Shown here: one piece after another, positions 40,222 to 49,601 of the stretch
How positions within the stretch are numbered: the stretch's first letter is position 1
Layout of the letters: each line of letters opens with the position of its first letter
Notes under the pieces: generated by a model
What the model saw: the letters and a program-made list of their open reading frames with translations, nothing else
What the model was told of the DNA's origin: nothing
Database searches by the model: none
Program-made: the position numbers and the translations under genes
Source of the DNA: Pseudomonadota bacterium
GTDB lineage: Bacteria > Pseudomonadota > Gammaproteobacteria > Burkholderiales > SG8-39
Length of the DNA: 64,000 nucleotides
Assembly (NCBI GenBank): GCA_021811085.1
Contig: JAJZPQ010000002.1
Span: 132,698 to 196,697 of the forward strand
Direction: 5' to 3'

Positions 40222-40665
40222 ATTTTTCACACCCTGCTGACGCTTTGCCTGCTCTGGGCCGCGCTCGCTCCGGCTTCGGCGCAGGTGTACAAATGGGTCG
40301 ACGAAAAGGGCACGACGCATTATGGCGAACGCCCGCCTCAGGGCAGGAAAGCGCAGGAGGTGGAGCAGCGCCTGTCCAAACCCGGACCGGCGCCGGCAAA
40401 GGCAGCCGAGCCGGACTGGAAGGCCAAAGACCTGGAATTCCGCAGCCGCCGCATCGAAGCCGAACAGGCCGAGGCCAAGCAAAAGCAGCAGGACGCGGCA
40501 AATCGCCAGGCCTGCAACCAGGCGCGCGACCACCTCGCCCAAATGAAGACGGCGCGAGGCTTGTACCGGCTAAACGACCAGGGCGAACGCGTGTATGAAA
40601 GCGACGAGGAACGCCGAGCCAGCACGGCGCAGCTCGAAGCGCTGATCGCGCAGCGCTGCCGCTGA
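40222..40665 (+). CDS. Secreted DUF4124-like protein; start codon unresolved
   Basis: VYKWVDEKGTTHYGERPP is the DUF4124 signature, and a Lys/Glu/Gln-rich coiled region follows. A signal peptide (IFHTLLTLCLLWAALAPASA) is encoded upstream of the first GTG (40285), with no ATG/GTG/TTG before it. ATT 40222 lies 6 nt after GGAG (40212-40215). Confidence 0.55.
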   Translation: MFHTLLTLCLLWAALAPASAQVYKWVDEKGTTHYGERPPQGRKAQEVEQRLSKPGPAPAKAAEPDWKAKDLEFRSRRIEAEQAEAKQKQQDAANRQACNQARDHLAQMKTARGLYRLNDQGERVYESDEERRASTAQLEALIAQRCR

Positions 40666-40698
40666 CAGCGGGCATCCTGTCTTCCAATACGTGGTTAA

Positions 40699-41298
40699 AT
40701 GCCGTCCGTCATGAAATCCAACGTTCAAATCGTTCTGGCCTCGACCTCGAAATACCGGCGCGAGCTGCTCGCACGGCTGGGGCTTCCATTCGAAGTGGCG
40801 TCACCGCAGGTGGACGAGACGGCGCTGACCGGGGAGGCCCCGCAGGATACCGCGCGGCGCTTGGCCGAAGCCAAGGCGCGCGCGGTGGCGGTGCGCTTTC
40901 CCCAGGCCATTATCATCGGCTCGGACCAGGTCGCGGTGCTCGAGGGCATGCAGTTGGGCAAGCCCGGGGATCACGCCAACGCGCTGCGCCAGCTCAAGGC
41001 GATGCGCGGCAAGGAGGTGGTGTTCCACACCGCACTGTGCCTGTACGCCGCCGCCAGCGCACGCGCGCAGACGCGCGTGGTGCCCTTCAGCGTGCGCTTT
41101 CGCAATTACAGCGACGCGCAGATCGAGCGCTATTTGCAGCGCGAGCAGCCTTACGACTGCGCCGGCAGCGCCCGCTGCGAGGGCCTGGGCATCGCGCTGA
41201 TCGCGGAAATGCGCGGCGACGATCCGAACGCCCTGATCGGGCTGCCGCTGATCGCGCTCACCGAAATGCTTGCCTCACAGGGCGTGGACGTCCTCTAG
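40699..41298 (+). CDS. maf: Maf-like nucleoside triphosphate pyrophosphatase (YceF type)
   Basis: 199 aa. [37 protein letters not shown], and the YDCAGS-type motif ([12 protein letters not shown]). Confidence 0.88.
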   Translation: MPSVMKSNVQIVLASTSKYRRELLARLGLPFEVASPQVDETALTGEAPQDTARRLAEAKARAVAVRFPQAIIIGSDQVAVLEGMQLGKPGDHANALRQLKAMRGKEVVFHTALCLYAAASARAQTRVVPFSVRFRNYSDAQIERYLQREQPYDCAGSARCEGLGIALIAEMRGDDPNALIGLPLIALTEMLASQGVDVL

Positions 41299-41312
41299 AC
41301 GGCGCCTCGATC

Positions 41313-42023
41313 ATGGCGGCCGGCACGCTGTATCTGATTCCGACCACGCTGGGCGAGAGCGCGCTGGCGGCGGTCATTCCGCAGGACGTGCAGCAGCGCG
41401 TGCGCACGCTCGAATACTTCGTCGCCGAGAATCCCAAAACGGCGCGCGCCTATCTGAAGCAGGTCGGCATGGCCAGGCCGCTGCAGGAATTGCACATTGC
41501 CACGCTGGACGAACATACCGCGGAGGCGGCCATTGCCGGCCTCGCGGCGCCGCTGCGCGCCGGGCACGACCTCGGCGTGATGTCCGAAGCGGGCTGCCCC
41601 GGCATCGCCGACCCCGGCGCCAAACTCGTGTTGTATGCGCAGCGCCAGGGCATGCGCGTGGTGCCGCTGGTCGGCCCCTCCTCCATCCTGCTTGCGCTCA
41701 TGGCCTCCGGACTGGAAGGACAGCGCTTCACCTTTCACGGCTATCTTCCCGTGGCCGATGCCGAGCGCTTAAAGGCCTTGCGCGACTTGGAGAAGCAGTC
41801 GCGGCGGCTGAAGCAGACGCAGATTTTCATCGAGACGCCTTACCGCAACGGCCGGCTGGTGCAAAGCATTCTCGACATTTGCGCGGCGGATACGCTGCTG
41901 TGCATCGCCGCAGAAGTCAGCCTGGCGACCGAGGATATCCGCACCATGACGGTCGCACAGTGGAAAAAAGCCCCGCCGCGGCTCGAGCGCAGGCCGTCCT
42001 TGTTCTTATTGCTGGCGCATTGA
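41313..42023 (+). CDS. SAM-dependent methyltransferase, tetrapyrrole-methylase (RsmI-like) fold
   Basis: GTLYLIPTTLGE N-terminus, SEAGCPGIADPG, VPLVGPSSILLALMASGL. Start ATG 41313; the ORF-track extension to 41037 overlaps maf. Confidence 0.8.
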   Translation: MAAGTLYLIPTTLGESALAAVIPQDVQQRVRTLEYFVAENPKTARAYLKQVGMARPLQELHIATLDEHTAEAAIAGLAAPLRAGHDLGVMSEAGCPGIADPGAKLVLYAQRQGMRVVPLVGPSSILLALMASGLEGQRFTFHGYLPVADAERLKALRDLEKQSRRLKQTQIFIETPYRNGRLVQSILDICAADTLLCIAAEVSLATEDIRTMTVAQWKKAPPRLERRPSLFLLLAH

Positions 42024-42057
42024 CGGCGCAGGGCGGCGCGGAGAGCCGCCGCTCGCT

Positions 42058-43005
42058 CTAGCGCAGGCGGATGCTCTCGCGCAGCGTGAAATCGGCGAAA
42101 CTCTTCGCCGCAGCAGCACCGAAGCGCTTGGCGATGCGCTCGACCGGATTGGACTTCTGCGTGTAGTCGACGATGTTTTCGGCCTTGATCACGTCGCGTG
42201 CCACCGATTCGACGCTGCCGTAGCCGTCGGCGAGTCCGAGTTCCACGGCCTTGCGCCCGGTCCAGACCAGACCGCTGAACAGTTCGGGATCGTCCTTGAG
42301 GCGCTTGCCGCGCCCTTGCTTCACCACTGCGATAAATTGCTGATGGATGTCGTTGAGCATGCTCAACGCGTACTCCTTCTGCTTCGGATCGACAGGAGAA
42401 AACGGGTCCATGAAGCCTTTGTTTTCGCCGGCGGTGAGCAGGCGCCGCTCCACGCCCAGCTTTTCCATGCCGCCGGTAAAGCCGAATCCGTCCATGAGCA
42501 CACCGATGGAGCCGACCAGACTCGCCTTGTTGACATAGATCTTGTCGGCCGAGGCCGCGACGAAATAGCCGCCGGAGGCGCAGACATCCTCCACCACCAC
42601 GTACAAGGGCGTATTGGGATAAACGCCGCGCAGCCGCCGCATCTCGTCGTTGATGATGCCTGCTTGCACCGGGCTGCCCCCGGGTGAATTGATGCGCAGG
42701 ATCACGCCCTGGGTGTTCTTGTCCTTGAACGCGCTTTGCAGAGCGCTGGTGATTTTTTCGGCGCTGGCATCGCTCTTGGCATCGATCACGCCTTCGAGTT
42801 CGACCAGGGCGGTGTGCTTGCCCTCGGCCATGATGTCGCCATCGCCGCGCCACTGGAACAGCATGACCAGGAGGAAGGTGAGGTAGGCAAACGTCAGGAG
42901 CTTAAAGAATATGCCCCAGCGGCGGGCCTTGGTCTGCTCCTTCAGCGCGGAAAACGCCAGTTTCTCCAGCGTCTCGCGCTCCCAATCTTTCTCGTCTTGC
43001 GCCAT
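42058..43005 (-). CDS. sppA: Signal peptide peptidase SppA (S49, 36K type)
   Basis: 315 aa. N-terminal TM, RINSPGGSPVQ, ASGGYFVAASADKIYVNKASLVGSIGV. Confidence 0.85.
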   Translation of the reverse strand: MAQDEKDWERETLEKLAFSALKEQTKARRWGIFFKLLTFAYLTFLLVMLFQWRGDGDIMAEGKHTALVELEGVIDAKSDASAEKITSALQSAFKDKNTQGVILRINSPGGSPVQAGIINDEMRRLRGVYPNTPLYVVVEDVCASGGYFVAASADKIYVNKASLVGSIGVLMDGFGFTGGMEKLGVERRLLTAGENKGFMDPFSPVDPKQKEYALSMLNDIHQQFIAVVKQGRGKRLKDDPELFSGLVWTGRKAVELGLADGYGSVESVARDVIKAENIVDYTQKSNPVERIAKRFGAAAAKSFADFTLRESIRLR

Positions 43006-43009
43006 CGTC

Positions 43010-43441
43010 TCAATCTTTCCTTAAATAGACCCTGCCGTCGTTTTCGAACACCTGCAGACGGATCAACCCCGTGCCGCGGCAGGGCCCGCCGCGGCAGGCG
43101 CCGCTTTCAGGCGCATACAGCGCGCCGTGCGTGGAGCATATCAAATACTCACCGTCCGTATCGAAAAACTTCCCTGGATTCCAGTCGAGTTCCATGGCGA
43201 TGTGAGCGCAGCGGTTGACGTAGGCGTAGACGCGCCCGCCGTGGCGGATGGCGAAGGCCGGGACGGTCTCCGCCTTGTGCTCGACCTCGAAGCGCACGCC
43301 GTCACCGCCGTCGGCGAGATCGCTGCTGGCGCAGATCGGGCGTGCGCCGTGCCCTGCCCCGGCCGGGCCGGTCTCGTCCAGGGATGCGACTGCCTGGCTC
43401 AGCGGTTCGCTGAGCTCGCTCAGGCGTTCTTTTCCAGCCAT
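43010..43441 (-). CDS. Rieske [2Fe-2S] domain protein
   Basis: CAHIAMELD (CxH) and CSTHGALY (CxxH) boxes about 20 aa apart. Start ATG 43441 or 43471. Confidence 0.75.
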   Translation of the reverse strand: MAGKERLSELSEPLSQAVASLDETGPAGAGHGARPICASSDLADGGDGVRFEVEHKAETVPAFAIRHGGRVYAYVNRCAHIAMELDWNPGKFFDTDGEYLICSTHGALYAPESGACRGGPCRGTGLIRLQVFENDGRVYLRKD

Positions 43442-44076
43442 GACGCCAGATCCTGCGGCTGGTCGATGCACGCGAGCGGATTGAGTTCGGTTAGACTGTC
43501 CCGGGGATGCGCGCCGTAACTCACCGCCAGCGCCGGCACGCCTGCGCTCAGCGCCATCTGCAGATCGTGCGCCGTATCGCCTATCATCAGTGTCGCTTCC
43601 GGCTCGACCAGCAGTTCCTGCATCAGCTCCTGCAGCATGGCCGGATGCGGCTTGGAATGGGTCTCGTCGGCGCAGCGCGTGGAATCGAAATACTGTTTGA
43701 GCTGGGTCGCTTCGAGCACGCGGTCGAGACCGACGCGGCTTTTGCCCGTGGCCACCGCCAGCAGATGGCCCCGGTTTTTCAGCTCCACCAGCATATCGCG
43801 CATGCCCGGGAACAATTCGATGTCCGGATCGCGCGCCAGATAATGACAGCGGTAGCGCTCCGCAAGCTTGCCGTAGTCTGCCAGCGGCAGTTCAGGCACG
43901 GCATAAGTCAGGGCGTCTTTGAGCCCGAGCCCGATCACATGGGCGGCACGCTCGTGCTCGGGCACGGGCAGTCCGAGGTCGCGGCAGCTTGCCTGGATGC
44001 TGGCGATGATGGCCGAGGCCGAGTCCATCAGCGTCCCGTCCCAGTCGAAAACCAGCAGTTCAAATCTTCTTTGCAT
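43420..44076 (-). CDS. HAD-superfamily hydrolase (phosphoglycolate-phosphatase-like)
   Basis: Start ATG 44076. Motif I LLVFDWDGTLMDS, motif III K..., motif IV LMIGDTAHDLQMA. Confidence 0.8.
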   Translation of the reverse strand: MQRRFELLVFDWDGTLMDSASAIIASIQASCRDLGLPVPEHERAAHVIGLGLKDALTYAVPELPLADYGKLAERYRCHYLARDPDIELFPGMRDMLVELKNRGHLLAVATGKSRVGLDRVLEATQLKQYFDSTRCADETHSKPHPAMLQELMQELLVEPEATLMIGDTAHDLQMALSAGVPALAVSYGAHPRDSLTELNPLACIDQPQDLASWLEKNA

Positions 44077-44138
44077 GTTCCGTCCTACAAATGGGGCTGA
44101 CCGCCCGCTAATCAAGCCTCGCGCCCCTGGACTTCGCG

Positions 44139-45077
44139 CTAATGCGCGCGTTCCTGCGCGAGCATGAATTTCTCCAGCTCCGGCGGCAGCGGCGCCTCCA
44201 GCTTCAGCCGCTCGCCGCTTCCCGGATGCACGAACGCGAGTTTCCACGCATGCAGGAACATGCGCTTCATGCCCTGTTTGGCCAGGCGCTTGTTCAGTTC
44301 GAAATCGCCGTACTTGTCGTCGCCCACGATCGGAAAACCCAGGTGCGCGAGATGCACGCGGATCTGATGCGTGCGTCCGGTCTTGAGCTGCGCCTGCAAC
44401 AGGCTATAGCCGCCGCAGGCGCGCTTGAGCTCGAACACGGTATGCGACTCGCGCCCTGCGTCGTCCACGCTCACGCGGCGCTCGCCGGCGCCGGTGACAT
44501 AGCGCTGCAGCTTGAGTTTCACGTCCTGTTTGCCCGCCGGCCACTGCCCCTGCACCAGCACCAGGTAGCGCTTGTCCATCTGGCCGGTGCGTATCAGTTC
44601 GTGCATTGCGATGAGCACCGAGCGCTTCTTCGCCAGCAGCAGCAGCCCCGAAGTGTCGCGGTCGAGTCGATGCACCAGTTCGAGGAATTTGGCCTGCGGG
44701 CGCGCGGCGCGCAATTGCTCGATCACGCCATGGCTGATGCCACTGCCGCCATGCACCGCCAGCCCGGCGGGTTTATTCGCGGCGATCAGCCCCTCGTCCT
44801 CGTACAGCAGCGGCAAGTCGATTTTCGGCGGCTTCGGCGCCGCGGTCTTGGCGCCGAGGCGCAAGGGCGGAATGCGCACCCGGTCGCCTTCCTGCAGGCG
44901 GTAGGTCGCGTCCACGCGCCCGCTGTTGACCCGGACCTCCCCGCTTCTCAGAATGCGATAAATATGGCTTTTGGGCACGCCTTTGCATTCGCGCAGCAGG
45001 AAATTGTCGACGCGCTGCCCAGAGGTTTCGGAGCCGATATTCACCAGCTTCACGGAAACTTTACTTAAACCCTTCAT
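44139..45077 (-). CDS. rluC: 23S rRNA pseudouridine synthase RluC
   Basis: 312 aa. N-terminal S4 domain (GQRVDNFLLRECKGVPKSHIYRILRSGEVRVN) and catalytic HRLDRDTSG. Divergent from rne, as in many proteobacteria. Confidence 0.9.
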   Translation of the reverse strand: MKGLSKVSVKLVNIGSETSGQRVDNFLLRECKGVPKSHIYRILRSGEVRVNSGRVDATYRLQEGDRVRIPPLRLGAKTAAPKPPKIDLPLLYEDEGLIAANKPAGLAVHGGSGISHGVIEQLRAARPQAKFLELVHRLDRDTSGLLLLAKKRSVLIAMHELIRTGQMDKRYLVLVQGQWPAGKQDVKLKLQRYVTGAGERRVSVDDAGRESHTVFELKRACGGYSLLQAQLKTGRTHQIRVHLAHLGFPIVGDDKYGDFELNKRLAKQGMKRMFLHAWKLAFVHPGSGERLKLEAPLPPELEKFMLAQERAH

Positions 45078-45089
45078 TTTGCTTATAAT
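45060..45089 (+). promoter_or_regulatory. Candidate sigma70 promoter for rne
   Basis: Perfect -10 TATAAT at 45084-45089. TTTACT (4/6 to TTGACA) at 45060-45065 with an 18-nt spacer. Would give a ~340-nt leader. Confidence 0.4.
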
Positions 45090-45434
45090 GTTCGCACTGG
45101 CTCAGTCGCGGGACAGGGTTTGTTGCGTCGAAATGACATTTTCAGACCTGAACACGTCCCCGGTTTTGCGGCCCGGAAGGCCGTAACCCTGAGCAATGCG
45201 GTTAATATCGCTCACCGGAAGTAGCGAGAGTGTAATTGATTTGGCGCGCTGCAAGCAGCGGCAGATTACGACATCCGGTATTCGTACCGGAAACAAGTAC
45301 GACAGACCCAACCGATTCCCCTTCCACTCCTCTTATCCAAGACTGGAATGCATCGCTAAGCCCCTGAACATTTAGGCCCAGGTTTGTCCTGCCCGAGATT
45401 TGTCCTGCCCATGCGCGCGCAGGAGCAATATTAG
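45078..45434 (+). promoter_or_regulatory. Long structured rne leader / rluC-rne divergent control region
   Basis: 357-bp non-coding gap before rne. Contains CCGGTA-TTCG-TACCGG (45275-45290), CGGCC-CGGAA-GGCCG (~45161-45183), a 12-bp direct repeat TTTGTCCTGCCC (45383-45394 and 45399-45410), and SD AGGAG at 45421-45425. Confidence 0.5.
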
Positions 45435-48182
45435 ATGAAGCGCATGCTGTTTAATGCGACACAGGCCGAAGAACTCCGTGTCGCCATAGTCGATGGTCAA
45501 AAACTCATAGACCTAGACATTGAATCGGCCTCGAAAGAGCAACGCAAGAGCAATATCTACAAGGGTGTCATCACCCGTGTTGAGCCCAGCCTCGAGGCTG
45601 CGTTCATCGATTACGGCACCGACCGACACGGTTTTCTCCCGTTCAAGGAAGTCGCCCGCGCCTATTTCAAGGCAGGTGTCGACGTCGGCCGCGCGCGCAT
45701 CCAGGACGCGCTCAAGGAAGGCCAGGAACTGATCGTCCAGGTGGAAAAGGACGAGCGCGGCAATAAAGGCGCCGCGCTTACCACTTTCATCAGCCTCGCC
45801 GGACGCTACCTGGTGCTGATGCCGAACAACCCGCGCGGCGGCGGCGTATCGCGCCGCGTCGAAGGCGAAGACCGCGAAGAGCTGCGCGACACCATGGACC
45901 AGCTGCCGGTGCCGCAGGGTATGAGCGTCATCGCGCGCACCGCGGGCATCGGCCGCTCGGTGGAAGAACTCGATTGGGACCTGAAATACCTGCTGCAGCT
46001 GTGGCATGCGATCGAGGAGGCCTCCACCAGCCAGAAAGGCGCGTTCTTGATTTACCAGGAAGGCAGCCTCGTGATCCGCGCCATCCGCGACTACTTCCAT
46101 CCGGAAATCGGCGAGATCCTGATCGACACCGATTCTATCTTCGAGCAGGCGCAGCAGTTCATGGCGCATGTGATGCCGGACAACGTGAACCGGGTGAAGC
46201 GCTACCGCGACGACGTGCCCCTGTTCTCGCGCTTCCAGATCGAGCACCAGATCGAAACCGCCTATTCGCGCCAGGTCAACCTGCCTGCGGGCGGCGCCGT
46301 GGTCATCGACCATACCGAGGCGCTGGTGGCGATCGACGTCAACTCGGCGCGCTCCACCCGCGGCAGCGACATCGAGGAAACTGCGTTTCGCACCAATCTC
46401 GAGGCAGCCGAGGAGATCGCGCGCCAGCTGCGCCTGCGCGACCTGGGCGGCCTGATCGTGATCGACTTCATCGACATGGAGTCGCAGCGCAACCAGCGCG
46501 AAGTCGAAAACCGCCTGCGCGAATCGCTGCACTTCGACCGCGCGCGCGTGCAGATGGGCAAGATTTCGCGCTTCGGCCTAATGGAACTGTCGCGCCAGCG
46601 CCTGCGCCCGTCGCTAGGCGAAGGCAGCACCATCACCTGCCCGCGCTGCAATGGCATCGGCCATATCCGCGGCATCGAATCCACGGCGCTGCACATCCTG
46701 CGCATCATCCAGGAAGAAGCGATGAAGGAAAATACCGCCGCCGTGCATGCGCAGGTGCCGGTGGACGTCGCGACCTTCCTCTTGAACGAGAAGCGCACCG
46801 ACATTCACAGCGTGGAAGCGCGCCTCAAGGTCAATGTAGTGCTGATCCCGAACACGCATTTGGAAACGCCGCATTACCAGATTTCGCGCCTGCGCCACGA
46901 CGATCTGAACCAGGCCGAACCGCTGCCCGCCAGCTATAACATGGTGCAATTGCCGGCCGAGGAAGAAACCAAGCCGCAGACCGGCGCAGAGCCGAAGGCG
47001 GTGCGGCAGCAGGCCGCGGTGCAGGGCATCACCCCAGCCGAACCCGCGCCTATGCCGGTGGCGAAACCGGCCGCCCCGCAGGAGCAAGCCAAGCCAGGCA
47101 TCATTTCCCGCATCATGGGTTGGTTCAAGGGAGAAACTCCTGCGGCCGAGGCCGAACCCAGCAGCGGCATTCGTCCTTCGCGCCGTGAACCCCGGCGTGA
47201 GCCGCAGCGCGATCGCGGTGAACGCGGTGAACGCGGAGATCGTGGAGAGCGCGGCGGACGTGGCGGGCGCGGCGGACGCGACCGGCAGGAGCGCGGTGGA
47301 CGCGAAGCACGTCCGGCGCAAGGCGAAGTCAACCGGCCGGAACAGCGCGAGCCGCGTCAGGAACGCAGCCGCGGCGAGCGCCCGGAACGCGAAGCACGTC
47401 CCGAGCGCGGTGAACGCCCCGAGCGCGAAGCGCGGCCGGAACGGGAAGCACGTCCCGAGCGCGGTGAGCGCCCGCAGCGCGAACCGCGTGAACCACGCGA
47501 GCCGCGTCAGCCAAGAGTGCAACCGCAAGGCGAGCTGCAGTCCGGCGCCGAAGCCAGGCCGCAGGGTGAAGCACGTCCCGAGGGCGGCGAACCCGGACGC
47601 AGTCGCGGCCGGCGCGGCCGCGGTGGCCGCGGTGAACGCGGTGAAAGAGGCGACCGCGGTGAACGTGGTGAACGCGGTCCGCGCATGGAGCGCGGCGAGC
47701 GGACCGAGCCAGCCGAACGCGTGCGCGCCGAGCAAGCCGAACACGCCGCGCGCGCGCTGCGCGAGGAGCACGAAGCTGAACCGCAAACCGAACCGAGCAC
47801 GCCGCTGGAGTCGGCCATGCCCGAGGAGCATCGGCCTGCCCCGGCACCCGTAGAGGCTGCGATTTTCGCTGAGCCGGCTGCAGCTGTTGCGGCGGTCGAA
47901 CTCAGCGCCGTGCCTGAACCCGCAGCGCCTGCGCCTGCGATCAGCCGCGTTGAACCCGCCGTCGCAACGGCGCCTGTCGCGCCGCCGGCGCCTGCGCCGA
48001 TCGATGTCGATAAGGCATTGCAGGAAAGCGGCCTGGTGCTGGTGCAGACCGATCCGAGCAAAGTGAAGCTGGCAGAGCCGCCAGCCGAGCCTCAGTTCGT
48101 GCCGGCGCGGCCGCGTCCGCGGCGCACCCCGCCCCCCGACTCCGGGCCACTGCAAATCGTGGAAACACGCAAAGATGCCTAA
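45435..48182 (+). CDS. rne: Ribonuclease E
   Basis: 915 aa. [31 protein letters not shown]1 domain, the DNase-I-like/Zn-link catalytic half ([12 protein letters not shown]), then a low-complexity Arg/Glu/Pro-rich scaffold half. Confidence 0.95.
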   Translation: MKRMLFNATQAEELRVAIVDGQKLIDLDIESASKEQRKSNIYKGVITRVEPSLEAAFIDYGTDRHGFLPFKEVARAYFKAGVDVGRARIQDALKEGQELIVQVEKDERGNKGAALTTFISLAGRYLVLMPNNPRGGGVSRRVEGEDREELRDTMDQLPVPQGMSVIARTAGIGRSVEELDWDLKYLLQLWHAIEEASTSQKGAFLIYQEGSLVIRAIRDYFHPEIGEILIDTDSIFEQAQQFMAHVMPDNVNRVKRYRDDVPLFSRFQIEHQIETAYSRQVNLPAGGAVVIDHTEALVAIDVNSARSTRGSDIEETAFRTNLEAAEEIARQLRLRDLGGLIVIDFIDMESQRNQREVENRLRESLHFDRARVQMGKISRFGLMELSRQRLRPSLGEGSTITCPRCNGIGHIRGIESTALHILRIIQEEAMKENTAAVHAQVPVDVATFLLNEKRTDIHSVEARLKVNVVLIPNTHLETPHYQISRLRHDDLNQAEPLPASYNMVQLPAEEETKPQTGAEPKAVRQQAAVQGITPAEPAPMPVAKPAAPQEQAKPGIISRIMGWFKGETPAAEAEPSSGIRPSRREPRREPQRDRGERGERGDRGERGGRGGRGGRDRQERGGREARPAQGEVNRPEQREPRQERSRGERPEREARPERGERPEREARPEREARPERGERPQREPREPREPRQPRVQPQGELQSGAEARPQGEARPEGGEPGRSRGRRGRGGRGERGERGDRGERGERGPRMERGERTEPAERVRAEQAEHAARALREEHEAEPQTEPSTPLESAMPEEHRPAPAPVEAAIFAEPAAAVAAVELSAVPEPAAPAPAISRVEPAVATAPVAPPAPAPIDVDKALQESGLVLVQTDPSKVKLAEPPAEPQFVPARPRPRRTPPPDSGPLQIVETRKDA
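47170..47720 (+). repeat. Degenerate in-frame tandem repeats encoding the Arg/Glu/Gly/Pro-rich segments of RNase E
   Basis: The protein reads [21 protein letters not shown] ... (ERPEREARP / [12 protein letters not shown]) x several ... [24 protein letters not shown]. The DNA shows repeated cgcgaagcacgtcccgagcgcggtga units. All other frames stay open here because of composition. Confidence 0.7.
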
Positions 48183-48229
48183 GGTCCGCTAGCCAGGCGC
48201 ACGGCCACCCCGACGGGCGGCCTCAAATC

Positions 48230-48268
48230 AAGGGCTGAGCCTGACCGGGCTCGGCCCTTGGCGTTTTT
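48230..48268 (+). terminator. Rho-independent terminator of rne
   Basis: 12-bp stem AAGGGCTGAGCC (48230-48241) / GGCTCGGCCCTT (48248-48259) with one mismatch, a 6-nt loop, then GGCGTTTTTG (T-run 48264-48268). Confidence 0.6.
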
Positions 48269-48374
48269 GCTGACCCAGGATGCCATGCCACGCCGCGCCG
48301 GCTGGCGCCGCGCCCCGGCAATGTTGTAAGCTGTGCGGCCCCAGCCACCAATGCGGCCAGCGCCCGCTACTTCC

Positions 48375-49601
48375 ATGACCCAATCCGCAGTCAACAATCC
48401 GGACGAACCCATGCTCGCCGGGATTACCGTCCTCGATTTCACCCGCGTGCTGGCCGGACCGTACGCGACGCGCATGCTCGCCGATCTGGGCGCGCATGTG
48501 ATCAAGATCGAACGCCCCGGCGAAGGCGATGAGATCCGCCATACCGTGCTGCAACTCGATCCCGCACGCACGGACCAGAGCAGTTATTTCGCGCGGCTGA
48601 ACGCGGGCAAGGAGAGCATCGCCATCGATCTCGCGCATGCGCAGGCGCGCGAAATCGCGCTCGACCTGGTGCGCAACGCGGATGTGGTGGTGGAAAATTT
48701 CTCCCCCGGCGTGATGGCGCGCTACGGCCTGGACGATGCCGCGCTGCGCGCCCTGCGCCCCGACCTCGTCTACTGCTCGATCTCGGGCTTCGGCCAGACC
48801 GGACCGCTCGCTTCGATGCAGGCCTACGCGCATCTGATCAATGCCATCTCCGGCATGATGGACCTGGACCGCGGCAGCGAGGCGCAGCCGCGCGTGGCCT
48901 ATTTGCAGGCGGCCGATGTGCTCGCCGGCGCCCATGCATTCGGCGCGATCTGCGCAGCCCTGGTGCGCCGAGGCCGCAGCGGGCGCGGCGCCTACCTGGA
49001 CGTGTCGATGCTCGAGTGCCTGGTCGCCGCGGACGACCTCACCTACGGCGCGATCCTGAACGGCGGCAAGGTGCAACGCGAGCCGCGCATAGGCATGGTG
49101 GTGCATCCCATAGGCGGGCGTTACCTGGCGATGCAAAGCGCGGGCGCGCCGCACCTGTGGTCGCGCCTGGTGAACCTGATCGGCCGGCCCGAACTCGAAA
49201 CCGATCCGCGCTTTTCCACGCCGATGGCGCGGCGCGCGAACTGGCATGACCTGCTCAAAATCCTGCGCGCGTGGCTCAGCGGCTTCGACAGCGTGGAACA
49301 GGCGGTCAAAACGCTTTCTGCGGCGCGCATCCCGGCCGTGCCCATGCTCTCCCCCGAGGAAGTCATCGACCACCCGCAGCTCGCGGCGCGCTCGGCGTTT
49401 CCCGAAATCGAGCACCGCGGCCGCGGCCGCATACGCGTGACGGCGCTGCCGTTCCATGTCGACCACGCCCCGGTCGCCCCGGGCGGCCCGGCGCCCTATC
49501 GCGTCGGCGAACATACGCAGCAGGTGCTGCAAGGACTCGGCTACGATGCCGAGCGCATCCGTGCGCTGCAGGCGGAGCGGGTGGTCGAGATTCCGGACTG
49601 A
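48375..49601 (+). CDS. Family III CoA-transferase (CaiB/BaiF family)
   Basis: GITVLDFTRVLAGPYATRMLADLGAHVIKIERPGEGDEIR is the family III N-terminal signature. Start ATG 48375, 48333 or 48411. Confidence 0.85.
   Translation: MTQSAVNNPDEPMLAGITVLDFTRVLAGPYATRMLADLGAHVIKIERPGEGDEIRHTVLQLDPARTDQSSYFARLNAGKESIAIDLAHAQAREIALDLVRNADVVVENFSPGVMARYGLDDAALRALRPDLVYCSISGFGQTGPLASMQAYAHLINAISGMMDLDRGSEAQPRVAYLQAADVLAGAHAFGAICAALVRRGRSGRGAYLDVSMLECLVAADDLTYGAILNGGKVQREPRIGMVVHPIGGRYLAMQSAGAPHLWSRLVNLIGRPELETDPRFSTPMARRANWHDLLKILRAWLSGFDSVEQAVKTLSAARIPAVPMLSPEEVIDHPQLAARSAFPEIEHRGRGRIRVTALPFHVDHAPVAPGGPAPYRVGEHTQQVLQGLGYDAERIRALQAERVVEIPD

Noticed and set aside
37726-40542. 938-aa minus-strand ORF
   Set aside because: Antisense to the M13 metallopeptidase (HEISHGFDD zinc site on the plus strand) and to the end of dppF. 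No recognisable domain. Shadow ORF.
47170-47720. Possible CRISPR-like or minisatellite array
   Set aside because: The repeats are degenerate, in frame, lack unique spacers of regular length, and lie inside the rne coding sequence. This is protein-coding low complexity, not CRISPR.
46614-48155. 513-aa minus-strand ORF and several other 130-220-aa ORFs in multiple frames over 46.9-48.1 kb
   Set aside because: All overlap the repetitive Arg/Glu/Pro-rich half of rne. The biased GC-rich repeats simply lack stop codons in most frames.
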